DNA of 32,000 nucleotides from Candidatus Nanosynbacter sp. BB002 (GCF_037013405.1 NZ_CP146064.1:450001-482000); one strand, 5' to 3'. Positions 1-8,675 are shown, counted from the stretch's first letter. The notes: generated by a model from the letters alone, not told the origin. Translations and numbers: made by a program.

Positions 1-25
1 TTACTTGCCCGCTGTAGGCCTCTTG

Positions 26-133
26 TCGGCAGTGTGCGTAGTTCCCTCCGCTAAGTGAAAAGGAAACTTAATTATCTAGCCTTAGGAGCTAGTGCCTTCG
101 GGCGTGAAGGTTCAAGTCCTTTCTGCCGCACCA
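26..133 (+). tRNA. Aberrant tRNA-Leu(UAG)-like element. The 3' two-thirds are canonical; the 5' part is non-canonical. It may be a pseudogene, an interrupted tRNA or an att remnant.
   Basis: 76-92: hairpin ctagc/cttagga/gctag, a 7-nt loop with U33, anticodon TAG and G37. 93-105: long variable arm gcc-ttcg-ggc, as in type II tRNAs. 106-122: T-arm gaagg/ttcaagt/ccttt. 123-129: acceptor 3' strand ctgccgc, then discriminator A and CCA (131-133). 26-32 (tcggcag) pairs 6/7 with the acceptor 3' strand, followed by tg (U8/G9-like) and a gcg...cgc D-like arm whose loop reads AGTTCC instead of AGTTGG. About 23 extra nt (53-75, forming hairpin taagt/actta) separate it from the anticodon arm. Confidence 0.45.
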
Positions 134-225
134 GAATTGGTATTCAAAAATATCGCCTATAATGGTGATGTTTTTCTTATTACAAAGCGATTTATACAGA
201 CTGATCTCAACAATAAAAATTCTTA

Positions 226-255
226 TTGACTATATCAAAACGCATATGCTACAAT
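226..255 (+). promoter_or_regulatory. sigma70-like promoter for the TasA-like/SipW-like operon
   Basis: TTGACT (226-231), 18-nt spacer, TACAAT (250-255). SD gaggaggg at 302-309 precedes the ATG at 321. Confidence 0.55.
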
Positions 256-320
256 CGCGCCAAGATAGAAAATAATACAAGACATCTACTTTTAGGTAGT
301 CGAGGAGGGTTTATATCACT

Positions 321-950
321 ATGAGCAAAGCAAATAATTATTTCCAGCGGCAACGCATCGGCCTGGCGGTTGTCGGTGGTATCATGACGCTGATGGTAGC
401 GTTTAGCTTGACACCGACGTTTGCGGGTGTTGTTGCAACCATCACCAACAGCGTAAACACCGCATCAACTGGTACATTAGTGATGGAAGAAAAGAACCAG
501 GATGGATCAGTTACCTGTACTACTACAGGTAGTGGTAGTGCGACTTGTGCAACCATCAACAAATATGGCGGCCAAGCACTCGTTCCAGGCGGCAGCACTG
601 ACACCACGGTGAAAATCACTAACAAGGGTAGTATCGCTGCCAGCGCCTTTACTGTCAAGGGTGGCACCTGTACAACTGAGAACGCACCAGGCGCATCAGT
701 CTCTGGTACTGGTAATTTGTGTAGCAAAATGACTGTTACCGTCCGTGCTAACGGCACACAAGTATGGACTGGTACTGCAGAAGCTTTCCAGCAAGCAGCA
801 GCACAAGACATCAAGACAGTCGTTGGTCACCCAATTGCACCGAACGAGACCGTCACACTGATCATCACCGCTGCACTCCCAGCAAACACTGACGCCAGCT
901 TCCAGGGTCGCCAAATCTCACAGCCAATCACCTGGCAATTCAGCGCCTAG
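321..950 (+). CDS. Secreted protein with a SipW-cognate (TasA/camelysin-type) signal peptide
   Basis: 209 aa. Basic n-region (QRQR), hydrophobic helix, then TFAGVVATITNSVNTASTGTL, resembling the TasA-class pattern (..TFA...N....GTL). Thr/Gly-rich mature part. Strong SD. Directly upstream of an archaeal-type signal peptidase gene. Confidence 0.7.
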   Translation: MSKANNYFQRQRIGLAVVGGIMTLMVAFSLTPTFAGVVATITNSVNTASTGTLVMEEKNQDGSVTCTTTGSGSATCATINKYGGQALVPGGSTDTTVKITNKGSIAASAFTVKGGTCTTENAPGASVSGTGNLCSKMTVTVRANGTQVWTGTAEAFQQAAAQDIKTVVGHPIAPNETVTLIITAALPANTDASFQGRQISQPITWQFSA

Positions 951-991
951 CATCTCATAAATAGCCGTAAAATCTGATACACTAAAGGGTA

Positions 992-2722
992 ATGAAATTT
1001 AGTAAGACCAGCATTTGGGTAGTCGCAGCACTGAGCCTACTGAGTTTGGGCTCAGTGCTCGTACTACACCTGGCTGGTTTTCGCTTTTTTACCATCGCAA
1101 CACCAAGCATGGGCGAAACCGCTCCAGTCGGAACACTAGTCGTCACTAAGCCGCAGCAATCTTACAACAAAGATGACATCATCACATTTTATCGTAGCGG
1201 CAGCGTCTACACTCACCGCCTAACTAAGATCAATGACGACCACAGCTACACCACTAAAGGTGACCTCAATGCCGTAGAAGATTCTCTGCCGGTGGCTAAC
1301 CGAGATGTGATTGGCAAGGCGGTGGTGATTGCGCCTGTGTGGGGCTGGGTCTGGCGGGCCGCACCAATTTTGCTCATTGGCTGGTTTATCGTCTATTTGC
1401 TTTCGTGCATCAAACGGCTACGCGAGCGCTGGCGTTGGCCAGTTCGCATCATTGGCGGGACATTGGTGGTTATTTTGGCGACGCTGATCCTCAACCCATG
1501 GCTTCGCGCTGACATGCTCAGTATCGCTACACACCAGAAAAATGACGTGCGACTTCACATTGTCAACACGGGCATTTTCCCCATTCGTGATGATGACGGC
1601 AACCGTGTTCACACTGGTCAAACTGCCATCGTTCGCGCCACCGAAACTGACGCGCAGGGGCATTACATTTACGTGCCACGACCGTCCCTTGGGCCAACGG
1701 GCGTGGTGTTTGCGCTGTTGTGGTGTCTGTTGCCGCTCTTCATAGCGCTATTGGTAAAATTGCCACCACCAGAAGAAGAAATCACTGGGCTGCAACTTGT
1801 TCATGAGCGGAATCGCAACATGGCACTGCTCGCTATTATCATCTTGTTTGAAGTAGTGCTTCTGACCGTACAATTATCTTCCCTAGCAGGATTTACCGCG
1901 ACCATACAAAATAGCACCAACCACGTTCAAGCTCGCGCCTACTTTAAGTGCTCTGAGGCCACCTGGAGCCGTTCACAGATCCGTCCAAATCCTCAGCCGT
2001 ATTTTGCCTGGGCGCTCAATAGCGACTATGCGGCTAATCCTGTCGTGACGGACCTCTCTGGTAACGGCAACAACGGCAAACCTTCGCCAAGCGATGGCTC
2101 ACCTAGCCGTGCCAGCGTATCAAACACCGGTTGTGTGCGTGACGACCGCCGTATTTCAGTGTTCAACGGAGTGAATGCCTGCTTGACTCACGGAACGTCA
2201 GCAGACCAAAAGGTCAACCCAGCCCCAAACACCTTCAGCCTGGAAGTCTGGTTTAGTACTACCAGGAAAAGTAATGGACGGCTGATGGGTTTTAGCTCAC
2301 TGTATGAAGGTGATTATAACGGTGGCGGACAAAGTGATCGCCATATTTACATTGATAAAGATGGGCGCGTTGTGTTCGGTGTTTACAGTGGCAGCATCAG
2401 GCTCGTCACTTCACAAGCTGGCGTAAACTATGCTGATGGTCGCTGGCATCACGTCGTTGCTACTATGTCGCCAAATGGCGCGGCACTATATCTTGACGGT
2501 GCTAAAGTAGATACCAATCCATCCATGACTGCCGGCGAAAATGTACCTAATGGTGGCTATTGGAAAGTTGGCTGCGGCAAATTGACGTATTGGAAAAACG
2601 CTGACGGCAGTGACTACCAGGGTCCTAAATATTTTACCGGCAGCATGCAGTACAGCTCAGTCTATACAACCGCCCTCACCGAACAACAGGCTCGTGACCA
2701 CTACTTGGCAGGTGCGTCATAA
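992..2722 (+). CDS. Archaeal-type (S26B, SipW-like) signal peptidase I fused to a LamG/concanavalin-A-like lectin domain protein
   Basis: 576 aa. The N-terminus has a TM helix, then TPSMGETAPVGTLV (Ser nucleophile), YTHRL (His) and TKGDLNAVED (compare the KGDNN..D box of SipW/Sec11-type enzymes). Several TM helices follow. An internal signal-like segment is at aa 271-310. The C-terminus carries LamG-type motifs (FSLEVWF, GRWHHVVAT, LYLDG). Confidence 0.7.
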   Translation: MKFSKTSIWVVAALSLLSLGSVLVLHLAGFRFFTIATPSMGETAPVGTLVVTKPQQSYNKDDIITFYRSGSVYTHRLTKINDDHSYTTKGDLNAVEDSLPVANRDVIGKAVVIAPVWGWVWRAAPILLIGWFIVYLLSCIKRLRERWRWPVRIIGGTLVVILATLILNPWLRADMLSIATHQKNDVRLHIVNTGIFPIRDDDGNRVHTGQTAIVRATETDAQGHYIYVPRPSLGPTGVVFALLWCLLPLFIALLVKLPPPEEEITGLQLVHERNRNMALLAIIILFEVVLLTVQLSSLAGFTATIQNSTNHVQARAYFKCSEATWSRSQIRPNPQPYFAWALNSDYAANPVVTDLSGNGNNGKPSPSDGSPSRASVSNTGCVRDDRRISVFNGVNACLTHGTSADQKVNPAPNTFSLEVWFSTTRKSNGRLMGFSSLYEGDYNGGGQSDRHIYIDKDGRVVFGVYSGSIRLVTSQAGVNYADGRWHHVVATMSPNGAALYLDGAKVDTNPSMTAGENVPNGGYWKVGCGKLTYWKNADGSDYQGPKYFTGSMQYSSVYTTALTEQQARDHYLAGAS

Positions 2723-2733
2723 TAGTGTATAAT
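2705..2733 (+). promoter_or_regulatory. sigma70-like promoter for tRNA-Val and probably the downstream ORFs
   Basis: TTGGCA (2705-2710), 17-nt spacer, TATAAT (2728-2733). The tRNA 5' end lies 11 nt downstream, at 2744. Confidence 0.55.
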
Positions 2734-2743
2734 ATATAAGTAT

Positions 2744-2820
2744 GGGAAATTAGCTCAGTTGGCTAGAGCGCACGATTCACATTCGTGAGGTCACAGGTTC
2801 GAGCCCTGTATTTCCCACCA
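2744..2820 (+). tRNA. tRNA-Val (anticodon CAC), CCA encoded
   Basis: Manual cloverleaf: acceptor gggaaat/atttccc; D-arm gctc-agttggcta-gagc; anticodon arm cacga-ttCACat-tcgtg; T-arm acagg-ttcgagc-cctgt; discriminator A plus CCA. Confidence 0.9.
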
Positions 2821-2832
2821 TTGTTACCTATT

Positions 2833-3447
2833 ATGCCTGAAGTAATTGACGAAAAGATTATACCCTCTTCCCTGACAGTCGAAAGAGGTGGGTTCCGTAA
2901 GAGACCTGTTCCAGTGGAGTTTGAGGTGCGCCACAGAGAGGCTGCCAAGCCCACGCTTCCTGAGCAATCTCCCGTAATCCTTGGCATCATCGGACAAGTA
3001 GCTATTAGTCCTGACTCCGTGCGCTATACCATGGACGTACGAAAAGAAGGGGTTCATAAAGATCTACGTTTGGCACAAAACAGCGTTGAGCGAATCGTCG
3101 GGAGCAAAAAATCCGTCACTGGAAGCAAAGAGAAGACAATTGTTGACATCATAACCAGAGGAGTGAGCGCCCAGTCGATTGACTCGGTTGTTCGTGCATG
3201 GTACGACAAAGATCATCTTAATACACGCAGTGTAGAAGCGCAAATTGTCCCAGAAGTCTTAGCTATCGGCTGCTATGCACTGCGGGATGTTATGCGTACG
3301 GTACGAATAACTGGACAATTACCAAATGAAGTGCCGCTCACTAATGACGATATTCTTTCGTTAGAAGCAGCAAAACGCCCTGCTATCTACGTGGAGGGGG
3401 CACCTGCTTACAGCTTCAATAAGATCGTTGAACGGGCCTACCTCTAG
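2833..3447 (+). CDS. Hypothetical protein (first of three tandem genes, possibly a distant paralog of the next two)
   Basis: The long ORF as listed starts at 2785, inside tRNA-Val. The first ATG outside the tRNA is at 2833 (MPEVIDEK...). No recognisable domain. No terminator between the tRNA and this ORF. Confidence 0.55.
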   Translation: MPEVIDEKIIPSSLTVERGGFRKRPVPVEFEVRHREAAKPTLPEQSPVILGIIGQVAISPDSVRYTMDVRKEGVHKDLRLAQNSVERIVGSKKSVTGSKEKTIVDIITRGVSAQSIDSVVRAWYDKDHLNTRSVEAQIVPEVLAIGCYALRDVMRTVRITGQLPNEVPLTNDDILSLEAAKRPAIYVEGAPAYSFNKIVERAYL

Positions 3448-3472
3448 ACTAACTATATACCATGCATGAGTA

Positions 3473-3501
3473 TTGACTTTTTCTAATCATTGTAGTATTA
3501 T
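3473..3501 (+). promoter_or_regulatory. sigma70-like promoter placed for a leaderless transcript of the 3509 ORF
   Basis: TTGACT (3473-3478), 17-nt spacer, TATTAT (3496-3501), then 7 nt to the GTG at 3509. Confidence 0.5.
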
Positions 3502-3508
3502 ATTTTGA

Positions 3509-3970
3509 GTGTTTAGAAAAGTTACGGTAAATGTGGGCGTATTTGACGTGCCTCCTCACGAGTCATCTACAGTACCCATTGGCTTGGCGATCCCTGGTGC
3601 TCGTGAACCAGACGGCATAGATTTAGTTCTCAGTTCGGATGGAATGCACGAAGATTTGTACGCTGCATATTTACGCCATCTGACACCAAAACAGCGATTA
3701 GCGATGCCCGACGAAAAGCAGCATCACAGCGCCGAGCTGGGACTTGGTGTGTTTGATGAGAATATTGACAGGCTACCGAGCATTATTCCTTTCAAGCAAA
3801 CCACTGAAAAAACCATGGCAGTTGCTGAACCAGCACGACGATTGGCGCTGTGCGCCTTGCATGTCGTCTTGTATGAGCGATATGATCTCGGCCCATTTAG
3901 AAACACCATGGGCACCGTGCAGCTATCCAGGCGCGCCATTGCCCGAGCGGCCAAAGAAATAGCACTATAA
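3509..3970 (+). CDS. Hypothetical protein (paralog of the 3991 ORF)
   Basis: 153 aa with a GTG start. Shares LV(L/V)(S/T)x(D/S)G(M/N)H(E/Q)xxYxx(Y/F)L and a C-terminal LAxCxLxVV-type motif with the next ORF. Confidence 0.6.
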   Translation: MFRKVTVNVGVFDVPPHESSTVPIGLAIPGAREPDGIDLVLSSDGMHEDLYAAYLRHLTPKQRLAMPDEKQHHSAELGLGVFDENIDRLPSIIPFKQTTEKTMAVAEPARRLALCALHVVLYERYDLGPFRNTMGTVQLSRRAIARAAKEIAL

Positions 3971-3990
3971 TTTAACCATTCAAGGAATAC

Positions 3991-4518
3991 ATGCAAGAAA
4001 CATTATCATTCACTTCAACCATCTTAGAGCCAGACAAAGTTAAGCGCGAAAATCCTCGCCCTGCTGGGTTTGCGATATTTTCTCAAACATTAGAGAAAAC
4101 AACAGCTCACTTGGTAGTTACTCCAAGTGGCAATCATCAGTCAAGCTATGAAAAATTCTTATCATTACATCCACCTTTAAAGACAGAGCGGAAGTCATGG
4201 AATCCTGACAAAACACCGTTCTTACCAGATGAACCGTTTCTTGCTGTAGGCCTTGCCTATCCACCGCTTCACCCTATCCCCGCTGTTTATGGAGCAGACC
4301 TCACAGAATTTGGTAGGCTACCGCGTGGACTGCGCGTGAGCAAGACACAACTAGACTTGGCTGCTTGTGGTCTCTTTGTGGTGATGAATGGTATAACAGA
4401 GGAAATGAACGGACCGGAGCTGCCAGAAATTAAACTGCAAGAAAGACCAGATGGCATCACGCGTACCGTTACATTTACTCCTGAACAATTGGACGAAGCA
4501 CAGACATACGTGTTATAA
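3991..4518 (+). CDS. Hypothetical protein (paralog of the 3509 ORF)
   Basis: 175 aa. ATG preceded by aagga. Shared motifs as listed for the 3509 ORF. Confidence 0.6.
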   Translation: MQETLSFTSTILEPDKVKRENPRPAGFAIFSQTLEKTTAHLVVTPSGNHQSSYEKFLSLHPPLKTERKSWNPDKTPFLPDEPFLAVGLAYPPLHPIPAVYGADLTEFGRLPRGLRVSKTQLDLAACGLFVVMNGITEEMNGPELPEIKLQERPDGITRTVTFTPEQLDEAQTYVL

Positions 4519-4532
4519 TAACCCTAAAGGAA

Positions 4533-4563
4533 GGTCTGCTACTAACATCAGACCATATTTTTA
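4533..4563 (+). terminator. Putative rho-independent terminator after the three-gene cluster
   Basis: ggtctg (4533-4538), 10-nt loop, cagacc (4549-4554), followed by atattttta. The T-run abuts the typA ATG, so the function is uncertain. Confidence 0.35.
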
Positions 4564-6386
4564 TGAAGGACGCTAGCAAGATTCGAAATATTGCCATTAT
4601 TGCCCACGTCGATCACGGCAAGACGACCATGGTTGATGGGCTACTCAAACAGTCGCGCACATTTCGTGACAACCAGGCCGAGATGAGCCAAGAACTGATC
4701 ATGGATTCGGGTGATCAGGAGCACGAACGCGGTATCACCATCACCGCCAAACAGACTTCAATTTTTTACGGTGATTATAAAATCAACATCATCGACACGC
4801 CGGGGCACGCCGATTTCTCGGGCGAGGTCGAGCGGACGCTACAGATGGCGGACGGTGTGCTATTGATAGTCGATGCGCAGGAAGGGCCGATGCCGCAGAC
4901 GAAGTTTGTATTGAGCAAGGCACTAGAACTGGGCTTGAAGCCAGTGGTGGTGATTAATAAAATTGATAAACCTGCCCGGCGAATTGCCGAGGTTGAAGAT
5001 GAGCTAAGCGATCTATTTTTGGAGTTGGCGACCGATGATAGTCAGCTGCATTATCCGATTTATTACGCCGTTGGGCGCGATGGCAAGGCGTGGCGGGAGA
5101 TTCCTACTGACCCGACTGAAGACGCCGATCTCACACCAATTTTTGAAGCGATTATCAACGATATCCCAGCACCGAGCGTCACGGCTGACGGCGGTTTCCA
5201 GATGCTGGTGACCAGCCTGCAGTACGATACCTTTCAAGGTAAATATGCCATTGGGCGGATCGCTCGCGGGTCGGTCAAGCGCGGGCTGGTGGTTAGCCTG
5301 ATGAAACAGGGTGAAGTATCAGGCTCGGCGCGAATCGAGAAAGTCTTTGGTTACCGTGGGCTGAACCGCGAAGAGCTTGGAGAGGCGTTTGCTGGCGACA
5401 TTGTGGCGTTGGTGGGCGTCAGCGAGGCACACATCGGCGATACGATTGCTGACAAAGAACAGCCAGAAGCCTTGCCAGCAATTGCCATCGAAGCGCCGAC
5501 GCTGAGCATGTACCTCGGCCCAAACACCAGCCCGATGAAAGGACGTGAGGGTGAGTTTACCACCTCGCGGCAGATTGGCGACCGCTTGCGGCGAGAACTG
5601 GAAACCAACGTGGCGCTACGCGTCGAAGAAAACGGCATCGGCTTTACAGTGTCTGGCCGCGGCGAGCTACACCTGAGCGTCTTGATCGAGACCATGCGGC
5701 GCGAAGGCTTTGAGTTTGAAGTCGGCCGCCCGCAAGTGGTGACTATCACCGAGGACGGTGTCGAAAAAGAGCCAATTGAAGAGCTACAAATCGAGATTAG
5801 CAGCGAATTTATCGGTGCAATCAGCCAAGAGCTCGGCGCCCGCCACGCCGAAATGAAGTCGCAAGAAACCACCGCTAGCGGCGCTACCCGCATCACCTAT
5901 GTGCTGCCGACGAGAGCGTTGATCGGCCTGCGCAACGTACTCTTGACCGCCACCAAAGGCACGGTGATTATGAATTCCCTGCCGTATGGCTATCAACCGC
6001 TGGGCAGCAAATTGCCAAAGACCCGCGGCGGCGTACTTATCGCCTTTGAAGCTGGCACCACCACGCCATATGCTCTGCAGGCGGCCGAAGCGCGCGGCGA
6101 ACTTTTGGTCGGGCCGGGTACGGAAGTGTACGCCGGGATGATCGTCGGTATTTATAACCGCCAAGAAGACATCGAAATTAACGTCTGCAAGGCTAAGCAC
6201 CTCACCAACATGCGCTCCAAATCGTCCGATGGCACGGTGCAGCTAACACCATTTACGCAGTTTAGTCTGGAGCAATGCATCGATTTCATCGAGGACGACG
6301 AGCTGCTGGAAGTGACGCCAAAATCTTTGCGTCTGCGTAAACGTTACCTCGACGCTAATGAGCGAAAGCGCGCCGCCAAGAGATAA
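4563..6386 (+). CDS. typA: Translational GTPase TypA/BipA
   Basis: 607 aa. G1 [10 protein letters not shown]3 [12 protein letters not shown]. Full-length architecture typical of BipA, with EF-G-like domains and a C-terminal domain. Confidence 0.96.
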   Translation: MKDASKIRNIAIIAHVDHGKTTMVDGLLKQSRTFRDNQAEMSQELIMDSGDQEHERGITITAKQTSIFYGDYKINIIDTPGHADFSGEVERTLQMADGVLLIVDAQEGPMPQTKFVLSKALELGLKPVVVINKIDKPARRIAEVEDELSDLFLELATDDSQLHYPIYYAVGRDGKAWREIPTDPTEDADLTPIFEAIINDIPAPSVTADGGFQMLVTSLQYDTFQGKYAIGRIARGSVKRGLVVSLMKQGEVSGSARIEKVFGYRGLNREELGEAFAGDIVALVGVSEAHIGDTIADKEQPEALPAIAIEAPTLSMYLGPNTSPMKGREGEFTTSRQIGDRLRRELETNVALRVEENGIGFTVSGRGELHLSVLIETMRREGFEFEVGRPQVVTITEDGVEKEPIEELQIEISSEFIGAISQELGARHAEMKSQETTASGATRITYVLPTRALIGLRNVLLTATKGTVIMNSLPYGYQPLGSKLPKTRGGVLIAFEAGTTTPYALQAAEARGELLVGPGTEVYAGMIVGIYNRQEDIEINVCKAKHLTNMRSKSSDGTVQLTPFTQFSLEQCIDFIEDDELLEVTPKSLRLRKRYLDANERKRAAKR

Positions 6387-6403
6387 ACCCGCACCTTACC
6401 TAT

Positions 6404-6433
6404 GAAAATCGCCCCAAGCTGAGGGCGATTTTC
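6404..6433. terminator. Bidirectional hairpin terminator between convergent genes
   Basis: Perfect 11-bp stem gaaaatcgccc / gggcgattttc with an 8-nt loop. A/T runs on both sides. Confidence 0.7.
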
Positions 6434-6453
6434 ATAGATGGAGTGAACCGAAA

Positions 6454-7005
6454 TTAGTCCACCAATGTTTCTTTGACGCGCTTTGAAACCACAAAATATA
6501 GTGACAGTAGTCCAGCAACGATGAAGTAGATGAATATTCCACCGATGGTGCCAACAATTCGTTCTGCATCAGAATCTTTGCGCATTGAGGCAATGACAAT
6601 CTGAAGCAAGGTAAAATACGTAGCAGACGTCATATATGCGGCAATGGCCAGATAGCGGCCAACTTTTTTCTGCAGGCTAATCAACACGACAGTGGTAAAG
6701 GATAGAATAGCAATGATTGGCGCAAAGATGATCGACACAGCGCCTTCAGGACTGCTCAATCTTAGCACGGCACCGAAGAACATCAGTGTATAGATGATAC
6801 CACCAAAGCCCATTAGCACTGTTAAAAATGCCAACCAACCTTTGACACCCTTCAGGGAGTTTGCCATCACAACATACTGCACGGGAGCAGCTGACGGCTG
6901 TGCAAAATATTGTTGATTGGCGTCTTCTTGTGTGGTTTGTTCAGAAACATGAGCTTCTGTAACTCTTGGAGTTTCTGTTGTTTTTTCCTGTGATGCTGTT
7001 GCCAT
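6454..7005 (-). CDS. Hypothetical polytopic membrane protein (DUF2569-like?)
   Basis: 183 aa. Acidic, Thr/Gln-rich N-terminal tail, then about 4 hydrophobic helices (GWLAFLTVLMGFGGIIY...). The family assignment is only an impression. Confidence 0.6.
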   Translation of the reverse strand: MATASQEKTTETPRVTEAHVSEQTTQEDANQQYFAQPSAAPVQYVVMANSLKGVKGWLAFLTVLMGFGGIIYTLMFFGAVLRLSSPEGAVSIIFAPIIAILSFTTVVLISLQKKVGRYLAIAAYMTSATYFTLLQIVIASMRKDSDAERIVGTIGGIFIYFIVAGLLSLYFVVSKRVKETLVD

Positions 7006-7040
7006 AATGATTTACATTCTCCTTATGAAAATATCTGCTC

Positions 7041-7069
7041 TAGATTATACCATCGTAACCAGTTATAGT
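7041..7069 (+). promoter_or_regulatory. Putative promoter for trehalase (leaderless arrangement)
   Basis: TAGATT (7041-7046), 17-nt spacer, TATAGT (7064-7069), then 6 nt to the ATG at 7076. Confidence 0.4.
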
Positions 7070-7075
7070 AAAAGT

Positions 7076-8674
7076 ATGATAAAGAAAAATGTTGACCAAT
7101 TTAAACGCTCTTTGGTGCGCACCAGCCAGCGCATCACACCCATCAATCGTAAAGATCCTGACGAATTATTTGGGCATCTATTTCACGAAGTCCAAGCGCA
7201 GCAAATTTACCAAGACGGCAAGACATTTGTCGATGTAGTGCCAAAAAAGCGCTGGCGACGCATTCAGCGAGAATACTTGGAAGCCTCAAAAAAACCCGAT
7301 TTTAATCTGCAAGAATTTGTCAATCAACATTTTTATGATTTTAATCCGTCGCATGCAGGTCACGTGCCTCAGCCAGCCGAATCAGCGCGCCAGCATGTCA
7401 CGCAGCTATGGCCGCAGCTGAGGCGCCAAGCTCACAAAGCATCGGGCTCGCTCATTCCCCTACCGTACGACTACATTGTTCCTGGCGGACGTTTTTCGGA
7501 GCAATTTTACTGGGACACCTACTTCATCATGCTGGGCTTGGCAGTTGATAACCAATGGGAATTGATCAATGGCATGATGAAAAATTACTCCTACATGATC
7601 CAGCGGTTTGGTTATATCCCGACCGCCAACCGAACATATTTCCTGAGTCGCAGTCAACCGCCATTTTTCTCTGCTATGGTTAAGCTGTTGGCGATGCGTC
7701 CACGGAAAGTCGGTGGCTCGAGCTTGGTACTATTGGAATATTTCCCACTGCTGTTGACAGAATACAAATTCTGGATGAAAGGGCACAAACAACTTGACAG
7801 CGCCGACCAGATAGCTACTGGACGAGTGGTAAAAATGCCAAATGGCACTGTTCTGAACCGCTACTTTGACAATAAAAATACACCACGTCCAGAAAGCCGC
7901 CGCGAAGACATCAAGACGGCTCAGAAAAGCCCCAATGCCAACAAAGCAAAGATTTACCTGGACTTGCGAGCTGGCGCAGAGAGTGGCTGGGATTTCAGTT
8001 CACGTTGGTTTGGCGAGGCGTGCTGTATTGAAACCATTCAGACGACTGACATTGTGCCGGTGGATCTCAACTGCTTGCTGTATGACCTAGAAATGACCAT
8101 CGCTCAGTGTTACGGTATCTTGAAACAAAAAGCGCTGCGCAAAAAGTTCATTCAGGCTGCCGAAAAGCGCGCAGAAGCCATCAGGACGTACTGCTGGAAC
8201 GAAGCGACTGGATTTTTCTATGATTATAATTTCCGCACTGGTCGACAGATGCCACACGCGACGCTGGCTGGCGTCTTTCCACTTTACAATGGTATCGCCA
8301 CCAAGAAACAAGCCGAGCAGGTGGCTGCAATGCTACAGCGCGAGTTTTTGCGCGATGGCGGGTTGCGGATGACGCTGGTTGACAATGGTCAGCAATGGGA
8401 CGCGCCAAACGGCTGGGCACCGCTACAGTGGGTGGCGGTTTGCGGTTTGAAGCGATACGGGCTGGATGAGCTGGCGGAGGAAATCAGGACACGCTGGCTG
8501 GCTTCGACCGAGCGCGTGTTTGCCGACAAAGGCAAGATGATCGAGAAATATGACGTCGACAGTGAGTCACGCATCGGCGGTGGCGGTGAATATCCGTTGC
8601 AAGACGGCTTTGGCTGGACTAATGGCGTGTACGCGGCGCTGTATGATCGGTTTGATGAGCGCTGCCCAAAGTAG
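7076..8674 (+). CDS. treA: Alpha,alpha-trehalase (glycoside hydrolase family 37)
   Basis: Both GH37 signatures are present: PGGRFSEQFYWDTYF and QQWDAPNGWAPLQ. The ORF is open from 7007, but that start would abut the divergent gene's start codon at 7005. The ATG at 7076 is preferred. Confidence 0.9.
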   Translation: MIKKNVDQFKRSLVRTSQRITPINRKDPDELFGHLFHEVQAQQIYQDGKTFVDVVPKKRWRRIQREYLEASKKPDFNLQEFVNQHFYDFNPSHAGHVPQPAESARQHVTQLWPQLRRQAHKASGSLIPLPYDYIVPGGRFSEQFYWDTYFIMLGLAVDNQWELINGMMKNYSYMIQRFGYIPTANRTYFLSRSQPPFFSAMVKLLAMRPRKVGGSSLVLLEYFPLLLTEYKFWMKGHKQLDSADQIATGRVVKMPNGTVLNRYFDNKNTPRPESRREDIKTAQKSPNANKAKIYLDLRAGAESGWDFSSRWFGEACCIETIQTTDIVPVDLNCLLYDLEMTIAQCYGILKQKALRKKFIQAAEKRAEAIRTYCWNEATGFFYDYNFRTGRQMPHATLAGVFPLYNGIATKKQAEQVAAMLQREFLRDGGLRMTLVDNGQQWDAPNGWAPLQWVAVCGLKRYGLDELAEEIRTRWLASTERVFADKGKMIEKYDVDSESRIGGGGEYPLQDGFGWTNGVYAALYDRFDERCPK

Positions 8675-8675
8675 G

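Noticed and set aside
1-133. First reading: the 3' end of tmRNA (ssrA), because of the T-arm plus ACCA terminus with no obvious 5' acceptor.
   Set aside because: The acceptor 3' strand ends ..CCGCACCA, not the ..UCCACCA required by the G3:U70 alanine identity of tmRNAs. An anticodon-type hairpin (7-nt loop, U33, UAG, G37) plus a type II variable arm directly precede the T-arm, which fits a tRNA-Leu body rather than tmRNA.
338-914. Minus-strand ORFs (158 aa and 72 aa) inside the TasA-like gene.
   Set aside because: They are antisense to a gene with a strong SD and a signal peptide. Their composition is an artefact of the Thr/Gly-rich coding strand, and they have no start context.
2785-2832. 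N-terminal extension of the 220-aa ORF, which starts inside tRNA-Val.
   Set aside because: The first 16 codons are the tRNA-Val T-arm and acceptor sequence. The first ATG outside the tRNA is at 2833.
5013-6200. Minus-strand ORFs of 74-181 aa inside typA.
   Set aside because: They are antisense shadows of a highly conserved GTPase gene, with Ser/Arg/Pro-rich low-complexity translations.
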